This document shows, one piece after another, positions 9,281 to 18,104 of a stretch of 57,228 nucleotides of DNA. The DNA lies in the NCBI GenBank assembly GCA_963609805.1, contig CAVDLN010000002.1:1-57228 (forward strand). The letters are read 5' to 3'. Positions within the stretch are counted from its first letter, which is position 1. Every line of letters starts with the position of its first letter. The position numbers and the translations under genes were made by a program. The notes below the pieces were generated by a model. The model saw nothing but the letters and a program-made list of their open reading frames with translations, had not been told where the DNA came from and did no database searches. This DNA comes from Erysipelotrichaceae bacterium. Its GTDB lineage: Bacteria > Bacillota > Clostridia > Oscillospirales > CAG-272.

Positions 9281-9342
9281 GATATGTCGGGATTTGCGCG
9301 GGTGCTCCTGCCGATAGTACCATCAGAGGGAAGCACCGCCTA

Positions 9343-9414
9343 TCACGAGCAACGGGCAGAAAGACCGCCTTGATGGTAATAATAAAATCGAGCAGCTGTC
9401 ACTGTCATCTTCAT
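9343..9414 (-). CDS. candidate leader peptide MKMTVTAARFYYYHQGGLSARCS (23 aa) with a Phe-Tyr-Tyr-Tyr run
   Basis: ATG 9414-9412 is preceded by GGGAAGG (9428-9422) at 7-nt spacing. Codons UUU UAU UAU UAC occupy 9387-9376. Stop TGA at 9345-9343. Too short to appear in the ORF track. Confidence 0.55.
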   Translation of the reverse strand: MKMTVTAARFYYYHQGGLSARCS

Positions 9415-9460
9415 CACGGTGCCTTCCCTGTCCTTTCCTTCGGTTTATCAAGTCCCGTTT

Positions 9461-9489
9461 ATTATATTCCTTTTTCCCGCGTTTGTCAA
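9461..9489 (-). promoter_or_regulatory. sigma-A type promoter of the aromatic operon
   Basis: Minus strand TTGACA (9489-9484), 17-nt spacer, TATAAT (9466-9461). Confidence 0.8.
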
Positions 9490-9649
9490 GCCCCCGCAGC
9501 AGGGCTTTTTGCCGAAACTGCGGGGGCTTTGCTGGCGGTTTGTCGGCATTATGCGCCCTTCCCGTTACGGGTCGGGGATACTTCATGCGTCCTCCGTTAC
9601 CGTAAAGTCGAACGAACTCACGCTGCCGTCCGCGGATGAGAGTAAAAGT

Positions 9650-9687
9650 AAAAAATAAAGCCTTCCCGAACTCTGTCCGGGAAGGCT
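9650..9687 (-). terminator. intrinsic terminator downstream of tRNA-Gln
   Basis: Minus-strand stem AGCCUUCCCG / CGGGAAGGCU (9687-9659), followed by UUUAUUUUUU. Confidence 0.8.
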
Positions 9688-9689
9688 TT

Positions 9690-9765
9690 TGGCTGCGGCA
9701 CAAGGATTCGAACCTTGGGAATGACGGAGTCAGAGTCCGTTGCCTTACCGCTTGGCGATGCCGCA
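9690..9765 (-). tRNA. tRNA-Gln (anticodon CUG), CCA encoded
   Basis: Reverse complement is UGCGGCAUCGCCAAGCGGUAAGGCAACGGACUCUGACUCCGUCAUUCCCAAGGUUCGAAUCCUUGUGCCGCAGCCA. It has a 7-bp acceptor stem with U1-A72, anticodon loop CUCUGAC, and T-loop UUCGAAU. Confidence 0.93.
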
Positions 9766-9784
9766 TTGCTAACCAACGGACGGT

Positions 9785-9813
9785 ATTATAGCAGGTTTTT
9801 ATGTGTTTGTCAA
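9785..9813 (-). promoter_or_regulatory. promoter of tRNA-Gln
   Basis: Minus strand TTGACA (9813-9808), 17 nt, TATAAT (9790-9785). About 20 nt upstream of the tRNA 5' end. Confidence 0.8.
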
Positions 9814-9939
9814 GGGTTTTTTGAAAAAAACCGTGCCCTTTCCGCGGCGCGGCGGAAAACATTTTCAGAAACGACACGAGGCCGCCCCGATGCCTTCACG
9901 CATTCCGCTTAAAATATATGCAAAGCGCCCGCAAAGCAT

Positions 9940-9968
9940 TTGACAAACCGCCGGATACGTGCTATAAT
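9940..9968 (+). promoter_or_regulatory. promoter of the sugar-phosphate isomerase / cysS transcription unit
   Basis: TTGACA (9940-9945), 17 nt, TATAAT (9963-9968). Confidence 0.75.
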
Positions 9969-10045
9969 GATGCGGATAATATTGTATGCAGGTACGCAGA
10001 GGTATGCCCGCATACAGGCATGCATGTCCGAAAGGAGGAGTCGCC

Positions 10046-10975
10046 TTGAATATGCCGGATAATCGGCTGCCGGACAGCCGACCGCAGATACTGATACCGA
10101 GCCGGTACTATGCCTACCGAAGCGGCGGAGGACGCTACCCGCTCTCCGCCATGGCGGACTTTGCCGCCGAAACGGGTTTTTCCGGCGTGGATCTCTCCCT
10201 CGATCGGTACGACACCACCGACGACGGGCTTCCCGGCATGCTGGACGCCTTCCGTCGGCGGCTGGCGGCGAGGGGACTGACCCTTCCGGTCTGCCATCTG
10301 CCCTTCTATATGCCCTCACCCGACGATGCCGACGCCATGCGGCGGTTTGCCGGGGAACAGGCGGCCGCCCTGCGCGCGGCGGCGCGTCTCGGCGTCGGAG
10401 TTGCCGTGGTTCACCCCATTGTGCGGCACGGCAGCCGCTGCCGCGGCACGGACGGCGATCCCGCCGACGCATGGCTGCGGGAAAACACCGCCCGTCTCTC
10501 CCCCCTGCGGGAGCTGGCGGACAGCCTCGGCGTGCGTCTCGCCGTGGAAAACATGGCGGGCAGGCCGTCCCCCGACGCGCCCGATGAGACCGTATACGGC
10601 TCCCGCGCCGAGCATGTCGCCGCGCTGGCCGACGCTCTGGACTGCGGCATATGCTGGGATTTCGGACATGCCCATATCACCGGCGCGTGCCGTCCCTCCG
10701 ACAGCCTGCGGGTTGTCGGGCAGCGGCTCGCACTGGTTCATATTCATGACAACGACGGGAAGACCGACAGCCATTCCCTGCCCGGCGAGGGCGGCGTTGA
10801 CTGGGCGGATGCCATGGCGGGGCTTCGTGCCGCCGGCTACTCCGGCTGCATGGATATGGAACTGAAAACCTCGGATCTCCCGGATGACCGTCTGCTCCGC
10901 GGGCAGCACGCCTCACGCGCACTGGCGGCCGCGCGGCGGCTGTGCCGTATGCGTGACGGACGCGCGACGGACTAA
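10046..10975 (+). CDS. sugar phosphate isomerase/epimerase (xylose isomerase-like TIM barrel) family protein
   Basis: FSGVDLS..., VENMAG, WDFGHA, LVHIHDN, MELK pattern of the AP endonuclease 2/TIM-barrel family. TTG 10046 is 7 nt after AGGAGG. ATG 10052 is an alternative start. The tracked start 9986 lies in the 5' UTR. Confidence 0.75.
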   Translation: MNMPDNRLPDSRPQILIPSRYYAYRSGGGRYPLSAMADFAAETGFSGVDLSLDRYDTTDDGLPGMLDAFRRRLAARGLTLPVCHLPFYMPSPDDADAMRRFAGEQAAALRAAARLGVGVAVVHPIVRHGSRCRGTDGDPADAWLRENTARLSPLRELADSLGVRLAVENMAGRPSPDAPDETVYGSRAEHVAALADALDCGICWDFGHAHITGACRPSDSLRVVGQRLALVHIHDNDGKTDSHSLPGEGGVDWADAMAGLRAAGYSGCMDMELKTSDLPDDRLLRGQHASRALAAARRLCRMRDGRATD

Positions 10976-11010
10976 TTTGTTTTTTTCAGCATGAAAGGAT
11001 CGGACTTGCT

Positions 11011-12486
11011 ATGATTCTCTATAATTCCGCCTCCCGCAAACGGGAGGAATTTGTCCCCTACGAGCCGGGCAAGGTAAGCATGTACACCTGCGGCCCCACC
11101 GTCTACCACTTCGCCCACATCGGCAACCTGCGCACCTACATCATGGAGGATATCCTTGACCGCTACCTGCGCTACTCCGGCTACGATGTCCGCCGCGTCA
11201 TGAACATCACCGACGTCGGGCACCTCGCCTCCGACGCGGATGAGGGCGAGGACAAGATGCTCAAGGGCGCGCGCCGGGAACACAAATCCGTGATGGAAAT
11301 CGCGAAATTCTACACGGACGCCTTCTTTGCCGACTGCGACAAGCTGCATATCCGCCGTCCCGATATCGTGCAGCCCGCGACCGGCTGCATTCCGGATTAC
11401 ATTCACATCATTCAGACGCTGATGGACAAGGGTTACGCCTACTTTGCGGGCGGAAACGTCTACTTCGACACCTCCAAGCTGGAAAAGTACTATATTTTCA
11501 ACGAGCAGGACGCGGAGGATCTGGCGGTCGGCGTGCGGGAAAGCGTGGAGGAGGACACCAACAAGAAGAACCGGAACGACTTCGTGCTGTGGTTCACCAA
11601 ATCCAAGTTTGAGGATCAGGCGCTCAAGTGGGATTCCCCGTGGGGCGTCGGCTACCCCGGCTGGCATATCGAATGCTCCGGCATAAGCATGAAGTATCTG
11701 GGCGAACATCTGGACATCCACTGCGGCGGGATTGACAATGCCTTCCCGCACCACACAAACGAGATCGCGCAGTCGGAATCCTATCTGGGACACCCGTGGT
11801 GCCGCTACTGGATGCATGTCCTGCACCTCAACACGACAAGCGGGAAAATGTCCAAATCCAAGGGCGAATTTCTGACGGTTTCCCTGCTGGAGGAGAAGGG
11901 CTATGATCCCATGGCCTACCGCTTCTTCTGCCTGCAGTCGCATTACCGCAAGTCCCTTGTGTTCACATGGGAGAATCTGGACAACGCCGCGCTGGCGTAC
12001 GGCAAGCTTGTATCACGCATTGCGGCGCTGAATCCCTCCGCTCAGGCGGATGCCGCGGACACGGCTGCCGCGGGTGCCCTGCGCCGGGAATTTGCCGACG
12101 CGCTGGACAACGATCTGAATACCTCCCTCGCCGTCACCGCCGTATACGACGTGCTGAAGGCCAAAATCGGCGACGCCGCCAAGCTTGCGCTGATCGGGGA
12201 ATTCGACAGGGTTCTGGCACTGGATCTCTGCGGACACGCCGAGACGCTGCGGAAGCAGTCCGAGCAGACGTCGGGCGGCACCGCGGACGGCGATGCGCAG
12301 AAGGCGGAGCAGGCGTCGGGCGCAGACGATCCCTTCACGGCGGAAATCCTTTCGCTGATTGAGGCGCGCAAGGCCGCCAAGAAGCAGAAGGATTTCGCGG
12401 AGGCAGACCGCATCCGCAATTATCTTGCCGAACGCGGCGTGACGCTGGTGGACACCAAGGACGGAACGACCTTCCGCCGGAGCTGA
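11011..12486 (+). CDS. cysS: cysteine--tRNA ligase
   Basis: [19 protein letters not shown] (HIGH region) and KMSKSKG (KMSKS). 491 aa. Confidence 0.95.
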   Translation: MILYNSASRKREEFVPYEPGKVSMYTCGPTVYHFAHIGNLRTYIMEDILDRYLRYSGYDVRRVMNITDVGHLASDADEGEDKMLKGARREHKSVMEIAKFYTDAFFADCDKLHIRRPDIVQPATGCIPDYIHIIQTLMDKGYAYFAGGNVYFDTSKLEKYYIFNEQDAEDLAVGVRESVEEDTNKKNRNDFVLWFTKSKFEDQALKWDSPWGVGYPGWHIECSGISMKYLGEHLDIHCGGIDNAFPHHTNEIAQSESYLGHPWCRYWMHVLHLNTTSGKMSKSKGEFLTVSLLEEKGYDPMAYRFFCLQSHYRKSLVFTWENLDNAALAYGKLVSRIAALNPSAQADAADTAAAGALRREFADALDNDLNTSLAVTAVYDVLKAKIGDAAKLALIGEFDRVLALDLCGHAETLRKQSEQTSGGTADGDAQKAEQASGADDPFTAEILSLIEARKAAKKQKDFAEADRIRNYLAERGVTLVDTKDGTTFRRS

Positions 12487-12492
12487 CACGCC

Positions 12493-13017
12493 ATGGGAAA
12501 GATTGACGAAACGGTAAAGAAACACCGCGAGGTGCTGCTGTACCTTCTGTTCGGTGTACTGACCACGCTGGTCGGCTGGGCGGTATACTTCGCCATCCTG
12601 TGGACATGGCGGGCGGCCTTCGATCTTGACCCGGAGGACACATCCGGACGGATGTACCTCATCGGCTACACCGTCGCGCAGGTCATCCAGTGGATTGCCG
12701 CCGTTCTGTTCGCCTTCTTCACAAACCGGAAATGGGTATTCACGGACGCAGACCGCGCCGTGTCCCTGCCCGTCCAGCTCGGCACCTTCGCCGCAGGACG
12801 CGTGGCAACCTTTTTCCTTGACTACGTTGTAACCTATTTCGGCGGGCGCGCGCTGACCGCGCTGTTTCCCGCCCTGACGTCCGTCGGCCTTCTCGGGCGG
12901 GATTGGAATCTCTGCGACATCCTCGCCAAGGTCGCGGCGGCGGTCATAGTGATTATCGGAAACTATATCTTCAGCAAGCTGGTGGTGTTCCGCAAGGGAA
13001 AGGCGCCGCGGGGGTGA
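12493..13017 (+). CDS. GtrA family membrane protein
   Basis: 174 aa with four hydrophobic segments. NRKWVF and NYIFSKLVVFRK motifs are typical of GtrA-like proteins. Confidence 0.75.
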   Translation: MGKIDETVKKHREVLLYLLFGVLTTLVGWAVYFAILWTWRAAFDLDPEDTSGRMYLIGYTVAQVIQWIAAVLFAFFTNRKWVFTDADRAVSLPVQLGTFAAGRVATFFLDYVVTYFGGRALTALFPALTSVGLLGRDWNLCDILAKVAAAVIVIIGNYIFSKLVVFRKGKAPRG

Positions 13018-13118
13018 CCGGCGGTATGACCGACACTTCCTACGGAGCAAGACGCTATATACACAGTCCGTATATTCTGCGGGGACATCCGCAGGCGGAG
13101 GATGGGAGGAATGCGCCG

Positions 13119-13934
13119 ATGAAACTGTATCTGAGCGCGGATATCGAGGGCACCGCGGGCATTGACACATGGGACGAAACCGAACTCGGCAAGGAGAAAT
13201 ACGCCTACTTTGCACAGCAGATGACGCGGGAAGTCCGCGCCGCCGCGGAGGGCGCCGAGCTGTCCGGCTATGAGACCACCGTCAAGGACGCGCATGACAG
13301 CGCCCGCAACATAGACCCCGCCGGACTGCCCCTCTCCACCCGCCTGATCCGCGGCTGGACGCGGGATCTGTTCTGCATGATGGGCGGTCTGGATCGGGAC
13401 TGCTATGACGCGGTTGCCTTCACGGGCTACCACAGCGGCGCGGCAGACGGCGGCAATCCGCTCTCCCACACCATGGACACCTCCGTGCAGCGGGTGCTGC
13501 TCAACGGCAAACCCGCCTCCGAATTCACCGTAAACGCGTACATGGCAGGTCTTCTGGGGATTCCCGTTGTGTTCCTGTCGGGGGATGAGGCACTCTGCCG
13601 GGAGGCGGAGGCCATGCTGCCCGGCATTGCCACGGTCGCCTCCAAGACGGGTATGGGCAGCGCGGTGCTGTCCCGCCACCCGGACGTGGTATGCGACGAG
13701 ATCCGCCGCACGATGCAGGCGGCGCTGTCGGAGCTGCATCAGAATGCCGACCGCCGCGCCGCGTGCCTGCCCGTCATGCCGCCGCGATTTGAGATTTCGG
13801 TTGAATACAAGGACTGGAATCAGGCCTACCGCCTGTCCTTCTACCCCGGGGCGGAATCCCCCGCTCCCGACACCGTCACCTTCGCCTCCGCGGATTACCG
13901 GGAAATCATGCGGTTCATGCATTTCTGCCTGTAA
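13119..13934 (+). CDS. M55 family metallopeptidase (D-aminopeptidase DppA-like)
   Basis: MKLYLSADIEGTAGI...HDSARN...FTGYHS pattern. ATG 13119 is preceded by GGGAGGA. The tracked start 12903 overlaps gtrA. Confidence 0.75.
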   Translation: MKLYLSADIEGTAGIDTWDETELGKEKYAYFAQQMTREVRAAAEGAELSGYETTVKDAHDSARNIDPAGLPLSTRLIRGWTRDLFCMMGGLDRDCYDAVAFTGYHSGAADGGNPLSHTMDTSVQRVLLNGKPASEFTVNAYMAGLLGIPVVFLSGDEALCREAEAMLPGIATVASKTGMGSAVLSRHPDVVCDEIRRTMQAALSELHQNADRRAACLPVMPPRFEISVEYKDWNQAYRLSFYPGAESPAPDTVTFASADYREIMRFMHFCL

Positions 13935-14020
13935 GCCGCAAGGGTCCCGCCGATTGATTCGGCAGCACATCTCCGGCACATCGTTTTCCGATTGCCGATT
14001 TCAGAAAGGATTGTTTACCC

Positions 14021-15379
14021 ATGAATCTCCCCACGACACGCCGCGCCCTGCCGGCGATTCTCCTGTGCGCCGCCCTGCTGGCGGCAGTCTTTGCGGGTTC
14101 CCTGACCGGATGCTCCTCCGCGGATCTCGGAAAACCGCTTCTGACACTGGACGGCGAGGAAATTTCCGAGAACATGGTGCAGCTGCTGATGGCGCGCGTC
14201 AAGGGAAATCTGGCGTCCAACGGCTACTCGGTCAGCAGCGACAGCTTCTGGGATCAGGTTGTGTCCCTGGACGGCACCCGCTATGACGAGTACACCAAGC
14301 AGCTGGTTCTGCGCACCGCAAAGGAATACCTGGCGGGCGTCGTCCTGTTTGCCGAAAAGGGGCTGTCCCTCTCTCAGGCGACGCTGGACAGCATCGATCA
14401 GGAAATACAGGACATGCAGGACGGGGCGGGTTCCGCCACGGCACTGAATCAGACCCTTTCGTCCTACGGCGCCAACGCGGATATCCTGCGTGCCCTGTAC
14501 ATCATTGAGGCGAAAAACACCGCCCTCAAGACGTCCCTGTACGGCACGGACGGCTCCCTGCTCTCCGATTCCGTCAAGCAGGAGTATCTGGAAGAGAACG
14601 CCATCGCCTTCCGCCAGCTGCTCATCCGTTCCTACCGCTACCTCTATGTCACGGACACCAACGGAGACGATGTATACTATCTGGCAGGCGAGAACAACGC
14701 GAAGGTCAGCAACATCGCCTATGACACGGTGAACGGCCACAAGCGCACGGACAAGGACGGAAACATCATCACCGACTCCAACGGCTCCGAGGTGTATTAC
14801 ACCGACGACGGCCGGATAGCCTACGACCGTGAGAACGGCGTCCGTTCCTATGATTACGATGAGGACGGCAACCCCAAGACCGAGCAGTACTCCGATGAGG
14901 AGCTGGAGGCGCACCGCGAGGCGGCGCTGGAGCTGCTGGCGAGAACGCAGACCGGCGGCACATCCGGGTTTGAGGAACTGCTCACGGAGTATGAGGAAAG
15001 CGGCGACGACGCCTACCTTGTCAGCGATTCGCTCTGTTTCCTCTACAAGACGGACAACACCCTGGAGGAATTCAACGACATCGCCGACGCGCTCCAGTGG
15101 CGGGAGGACGATGACGGCAATCAGGTGGAAATCACCGTGGGAGAGGCCGTCGTGCTTGAATCGGACAACGGCATTCACGTCATGATGCGCTACAATGTCC
15201 CCTCGGATGCCGCCACCAACAGCTCCTATGAGGACTGGTTCTCCGGCCTTTCCGACCGCATTATCGAGACGCTCTTCGCGGATCTGTGCGCGCCCTACAT
15301 GGAGCGTGTGACGGTGGACGAGGAACTGTTCGCCGCCCTGCCGTCCATGAAGGAAGTCGGAACGAATTATAAGTATTGA
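14021..15379 (+). CDS. lipoprotein, SurA/PrsA-like foldase (degenerate parvulin-like C-terminal part)
   Basis: Signal peptide with lipobox LTGC. N-terminal SurA_N-like region. C-terminal ...ELLTEYEESGDD...ESDNGIHVMMRY resembles a parvulin domain with insertions. Confidence 0.55.
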   Translation: MNLPTTRRALPAILLCAALLAAVFAGSLTGCSSADLGKPLLTLDGEEISENMVQLLMARVKGNLASNGYSVSSDSFWDQVVSLDGTRYDEYTKQLVLRTAKEYLAGVVLFAEKGLSLSQATLDSIDQEIQDMQDGAGSATALNQTLSSYGANADILRALYIIEAKNTALKTSLYGTDGSLLSDSVKQEYLEENAIAFRQLLIRSYRYLYVTDTNGDDVYYLAGENNAKVSNIAYDTVNGHKRTDKDGNIITDSNGSEVYYTDDGRIAYDRENGVRSYDYDEDGNPKTEQYSDEELEAHREAALELLARTQTGGTSGFEELLTEYEESGDDAYLVSDSLCFLYKTDNTLEEFNDIADALQWREDDDGNQVEITVGEAVVLESDNGIHVMMRYNVPSDAATNSSYEDWFSGLSDRIIETLFADLCAPYMERVTVDEELFAALPSMKEVGTNYKY

Positions 15380-15446
15380 GAAACGTCGGGGCGCTTCCTA
15401 AAAGAAGCCTCCCGACCCCCCAAGAACTTTTCAAAATCCAGTTTTG

Positions 15447-15490
15447 AAAAAAAGCAATCCCCCGCCGGAAGGCGGGGGATTGCTTTTTTT
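15447..15490. terminator. bidirectional intrinsic terminator (lipoprotein gene / rplA)
   Basis: A-run 15447-15453, stem GCAATCCCCCGCC (15454-15466) / GGCGGGGGATTGC (15471-15483), T-run 15484-15490. Confidence 0.85.
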
Positions 15491-15512
15491 CATGTGAAAA
15501 TTACGGTTGGTA

Positions 15513-16208
15513 TCAGCCCAGCTTAGCCTGGTTGATCTTGATACCGGGGCCCATGGTCGAAGCAATCACGCAGCTGCGGATATACTGACCCTTGCAGGCA
15601 GCCGGCTTTGCCTTCACAACGGCACCTACCAGCGTATCAAAGTTGGCCTGCAGCTTCTCGGCACCGAAGGATGCCTTTCCGATGGGGCAGTGGATGATGT
15701 TGGTCTTGTCGAGACGGTACTCGATCTTACCGGCCTTCGCCTCACGGACGGCGCGGGCGACATCCGGCGTGACGGTTCCTGCCTTGGGGGAGGGCATCAG
15801 TCCCTTGGGACCCAGCACCTTACCCAGACGGCCGATGGTACCCATCATATCCGGGGATGCGATCACGACATCAAAGTCGAACCAGTTTTCCTTCTGAATC
15901 TTCTCGGCATACTCCAGACCGCCGACATAATCGGCGCCGGCTTCCTTTGCCTTGTCCACGTTCTCGCCCTTGGCGAAAACCAGAACCTTGACGGACTTAC
16001 CGGTACCGTTGGGCAGAACCACGGCGCCGCGGACCTGCTGATCTGCGTGACGGGAGTCAACACCCAAGCGGATGTGGATTTCGATGGTCTCATCGAACTT
16101 TGCCTTGGACGTCTGGCAAACCAGTGCCAGTGCCTCGGCGGGATCGTACAGCTTGTTCTTTTCCAGCAGCTTTACGCTGTCTGCATACTTCTTTCCGACA
16201 TTAGCCAT
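15513..16208 (-). CDS. rplA: 50S ribosomal protein L1
   Basis: 231 aa. [28 protein letters not shown]. Confidence 0.96.
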   Translation of the reverse strand: MANVGKKYADSVKLLEKNKLYDPAEALALVCQTSKAKFDETIEIHIRLGVDSRHADQQVRGAVVLPNGTGKSVKVLVFAKGENVDKAKEAGADYVGGLEYAEKIQKENWFDFDVVIASPDMMGTIGRLGKVLGPKGLMPSPKAGTVTPDVARAVREAKAGKIEYRLDKTNIIHCPIGKASFGAEKLQANFDTLVGAVVKAKPAACKGQYIRSCVIASTMGPGIKINQAKLG

Positions 16209-16227
16209 TGCAGTGTTCCTCCTTTAC

Positions 16228-16653
16228 TCAGTCTTCCACCGTGATACCCATGCTGCGCGCGGTGCCGGCGATCATGCTCATGGCAGTCTCCAGCGACGCT
16301 GCGTTCAGGTCGGGCATCTTGGTCTCGGCGATCTTCTTGATCTGATCCTTGGTCAGGGATGCGACCTTGGTCTTGTTGGGTACAGCGGATCCGGACTCGA
16401 TGCCGGCGGCCTTCTTGATCAGAACGGCGGCGGGAGGAGTCTTGGTGATGAAGGTGAAGGAACGGTCGGCATACACGGTGATGACAACGGGAATGATAAG
16501 TCCGATGTCATTCTTGGTCTGCTCGTTGAATGCCTTGGTGAATACGGGAATAGCCACGCCGTACTGACCCAGAGCGGGACCTACAGGCGGCTGGGGGGTC
16601 GCCTTACCGGCGGGCAGCTGGAGCTTGATATAGCCCAAAATCTTTTTTGCCAT
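16228..16653 (-). CDS. rplK: 50S ribosomal protein L11
   Basis: [30 protein letters not shown]. Confidence 0.96.
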   Translation of the reverse strand: MAKKILGYIKLQLPAGKATPQPPVGPALGQYGVAIPVFTKAFNEQTKNDIGLIIPVVITVYADRSFTFITKTPPAAVLIKKAAGIESGSAVPNKTKVASLTKDQIKKIAETKMPDLNAASLETAMSMIAGTARSMGITVED

Positions 16654-16923
16654 AATGATTTACCTCCAAAATGTGGTACTTGCGCGGGAGAAGCGCCATA
16701 GGCTGATTTTCTCCCTCCCACGTCGGCTCTTTGCCTGCGGTGACGCACGGTCCCGCGGCGAGCCGGTTTTCGGCTGCGTTTTTTTCGGTGCAGTTTCTGC
16801 GCTGCCGCAGTATGCCGCAGCACATCGTATCGGTGCTTTCGCGGTGCGCTGACCGCCGGGTGCCCGAACGCGGAACCCGCTGCCGTTCCCGGTCGTCCCC
16901 GGTTTCGGCGTTACTCTTTTTGC
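16654..16923 (-). other. GC-rich 270-nt nusG-rplK spacer; possible rplK-rplA leader (L1 autoregulatory site candidate)
   Basis: No credible ORF. Contains hairpin GGGAGAA...UUCUCCC just upstream of the rplK SD (GGAGG). Assignment is by position only. Confidence 0.25.
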
Positions 16924-17463
16924 TTACTTTGCCAGCTTCAGGAGGGATGCCTCCATCTCGACCGGCACATCGCGGCGGCCGCGCTTTACCAGCACCGTCA
17001 CCGTGCGCATATCCTCGGAGATCGACTGGACAACGCCGGTATAGCCCTCGAACAGGCCGCTGACGATCTGCACCGTGTCGCCGACCCGGAAGGACAGGCG
17101 AACCTTGACCTCCTCGATGTTCAGCCTCTCGACCTCTGCCTCGGAGAGGGGGGTCGGGCGGGAACCGGGTCCCACGAATCCGGTGACGCCTGTGATGTTC
17201 CGCACGGCGTGCCAGCTTGCGTCGGTCATAGCCATCTTAATGAAGACATAGCAGGGGAAAACCTTGTTCTCAACGGTTTTTTCCTCGCCGTTTTCCTTCA
17301 CCACGACGGTTTCCACCGGAATCCTGACATCAAAAATCAGGTCTCCGAGTCCGCGGTTTTCAACAATCTTTTCAAGGTTTGCTTTTACCTTGCTCTCATA
17401 GCCCGAATAGGTGTGCGCCACATACCACCGGGGGCCTACGTTCATCGCGTCGATATCGCTCAT
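16924..17463 (-). CDS. nusG: transcription termination/antitermination factor NusG
   Basis: WYVAHTYSGYESKVKANL (NGN domain) and C-terminal KOW motif GDTVQIVSGLFEGYTGVV. Confidence 0.95.
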   Translation of the reverse strand: MSDIDAMNVGPRWYVAHTYSGYESKVKANLEKIVENRGLGDLIFDVRIPVETVVVKENGEEKTVENKVFPCYVFIKMAMTDASWHAVRNITGVTGFVGPGSRPTPLSEAEVERLNIEEVKVRLSFRVGDTVQIVSGLFEGYTGVVQSISEDMRTVTVLVKRGRRDVPVEMEASLLKLAK

Positions 17464-17503
17464 GCTTTTTGTTTCCTTTCAGCCGTGTCTCTCTCCGCCG
17501 GGC

Positions 17504-18082
17504 TTACTTTCCGATATTTTTGATAGCTTCGCTCAGCTCAATGATACCGGTCGAGAAAGCGATATCCAGCAGTGCGATCAGAACTGCGATAACCACGATG
17601 ATGACCACGACGACGATCGAGTTCTTCTTCAGCTTATCCTTGGGGCACCAGACGATCTTGCCGCACTCGCTCTTCACGGCCTTGAACCACTTGGGAATCT
17701 TGTGGCGGAAGACGATTGCCAGCACAACGAGGGCCGCCAGGATGACACCGCCGACAATCAGGTTGATGCGGCGGCGGGTTTCCGCCTTCTGCTGCGCTTC
17801 GCTCTTGGTCTCGGCTGCCGTTGTGGTTTCCTCATCGGCAGAGGATTCCGTTTCGCTTGCATCTTCGCTTGCCGCTTCCGTGTCGGTTACGGACACGTCC
17901 TCATCCGACCCGTCGGAGACGGTCTCATCGGACAGGGTGTCCAGCTCACCGCCCGCTGCGGCATCAGCCGCCTCGGTGTCATCCGCAAAAGCGGACACAA
18001 CGGACAGGGACAGCGCAAGGCACAGGACAAGGACGGCAGCGAGGAATGTACGCAGCATTTTGCGGTTGCAAATAGCAGTCAT
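17504..18082 (-). CDS. secE: preprotein translocase subunit SecE with long N-terminal extension (3 predicted TM segments)
   Basis: C-terminal about 65 aa matches the SecE core (KWFKAVKSECGKIVWCPKDKLKKNS plus a TM). ATG 18082 has GGAGG at 7 nt, right after the rpmG stop. There is no internal ATG. Confidence 0.85.
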   Translation of the reverse strand: MTAICNRKMLRTFLAAVLVLCLALSLSVVSAFADDTEAADAAAGGELDTLSDETVSDGSDEDVSVTDTEAASEDASETESSADEETTTAAETKSEAQQKAETRRRINLIVGGVILAALVVLAIVFRHKIPKWFKAVKSECGKIVWCPKDKLKKNSIVVVVIIVVIAVLIALLDIAFSTGIIELSEAIKNIGK

Positions 18083-18104
18083 TATTTTTCCTCCCCGTTT
18101 CCCG

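Larger units (their letters stand above)
9180..9454 (-). promoter_or_regulatory. about 275-nt leader of the aromatic operon: candidate leader-peptide transcription attenuator
   Basis: Lies between the consensus promoter and the pheA ATG. Contains an SD plus mini-ORF with FYYY, alternative pairings and an intrinsic terminator (see separate features and findings). Confidence 0.6.

Noticed and set aside
9296-9340. Possible T-box riboswitch in the pheA leader (UGGUAC core within CUCUGAUGGUACUAUCGG, plus a downstream terminator)
   Set aside because: Only the UGGUAC hexamer matches the T-box consensus (AGGGUGGUACCGCG). I could not build a Stem I with K-turn, specifier loop or AG bulge from the upstream sequence. 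The SD plus FYYY mini-ORF explains the leader better. This should still be tested with the Rfam T-box covariance model.
9323-9877. 184-aa minus-strand ORF covering the leader, tRNA-Gln and its promoter
   Set aside because: It runs through a tRNA gene, a terminator and two promoters, so it is not plausible as coding.
10976-11010. Cys T-box or attenuator upstream of cysS
   Set aside because: Only 35 nt separate cysS from the preceding gene, so there is no room for a leader. cysS is most likely co-transcribed from the promoter at 9940-9968.
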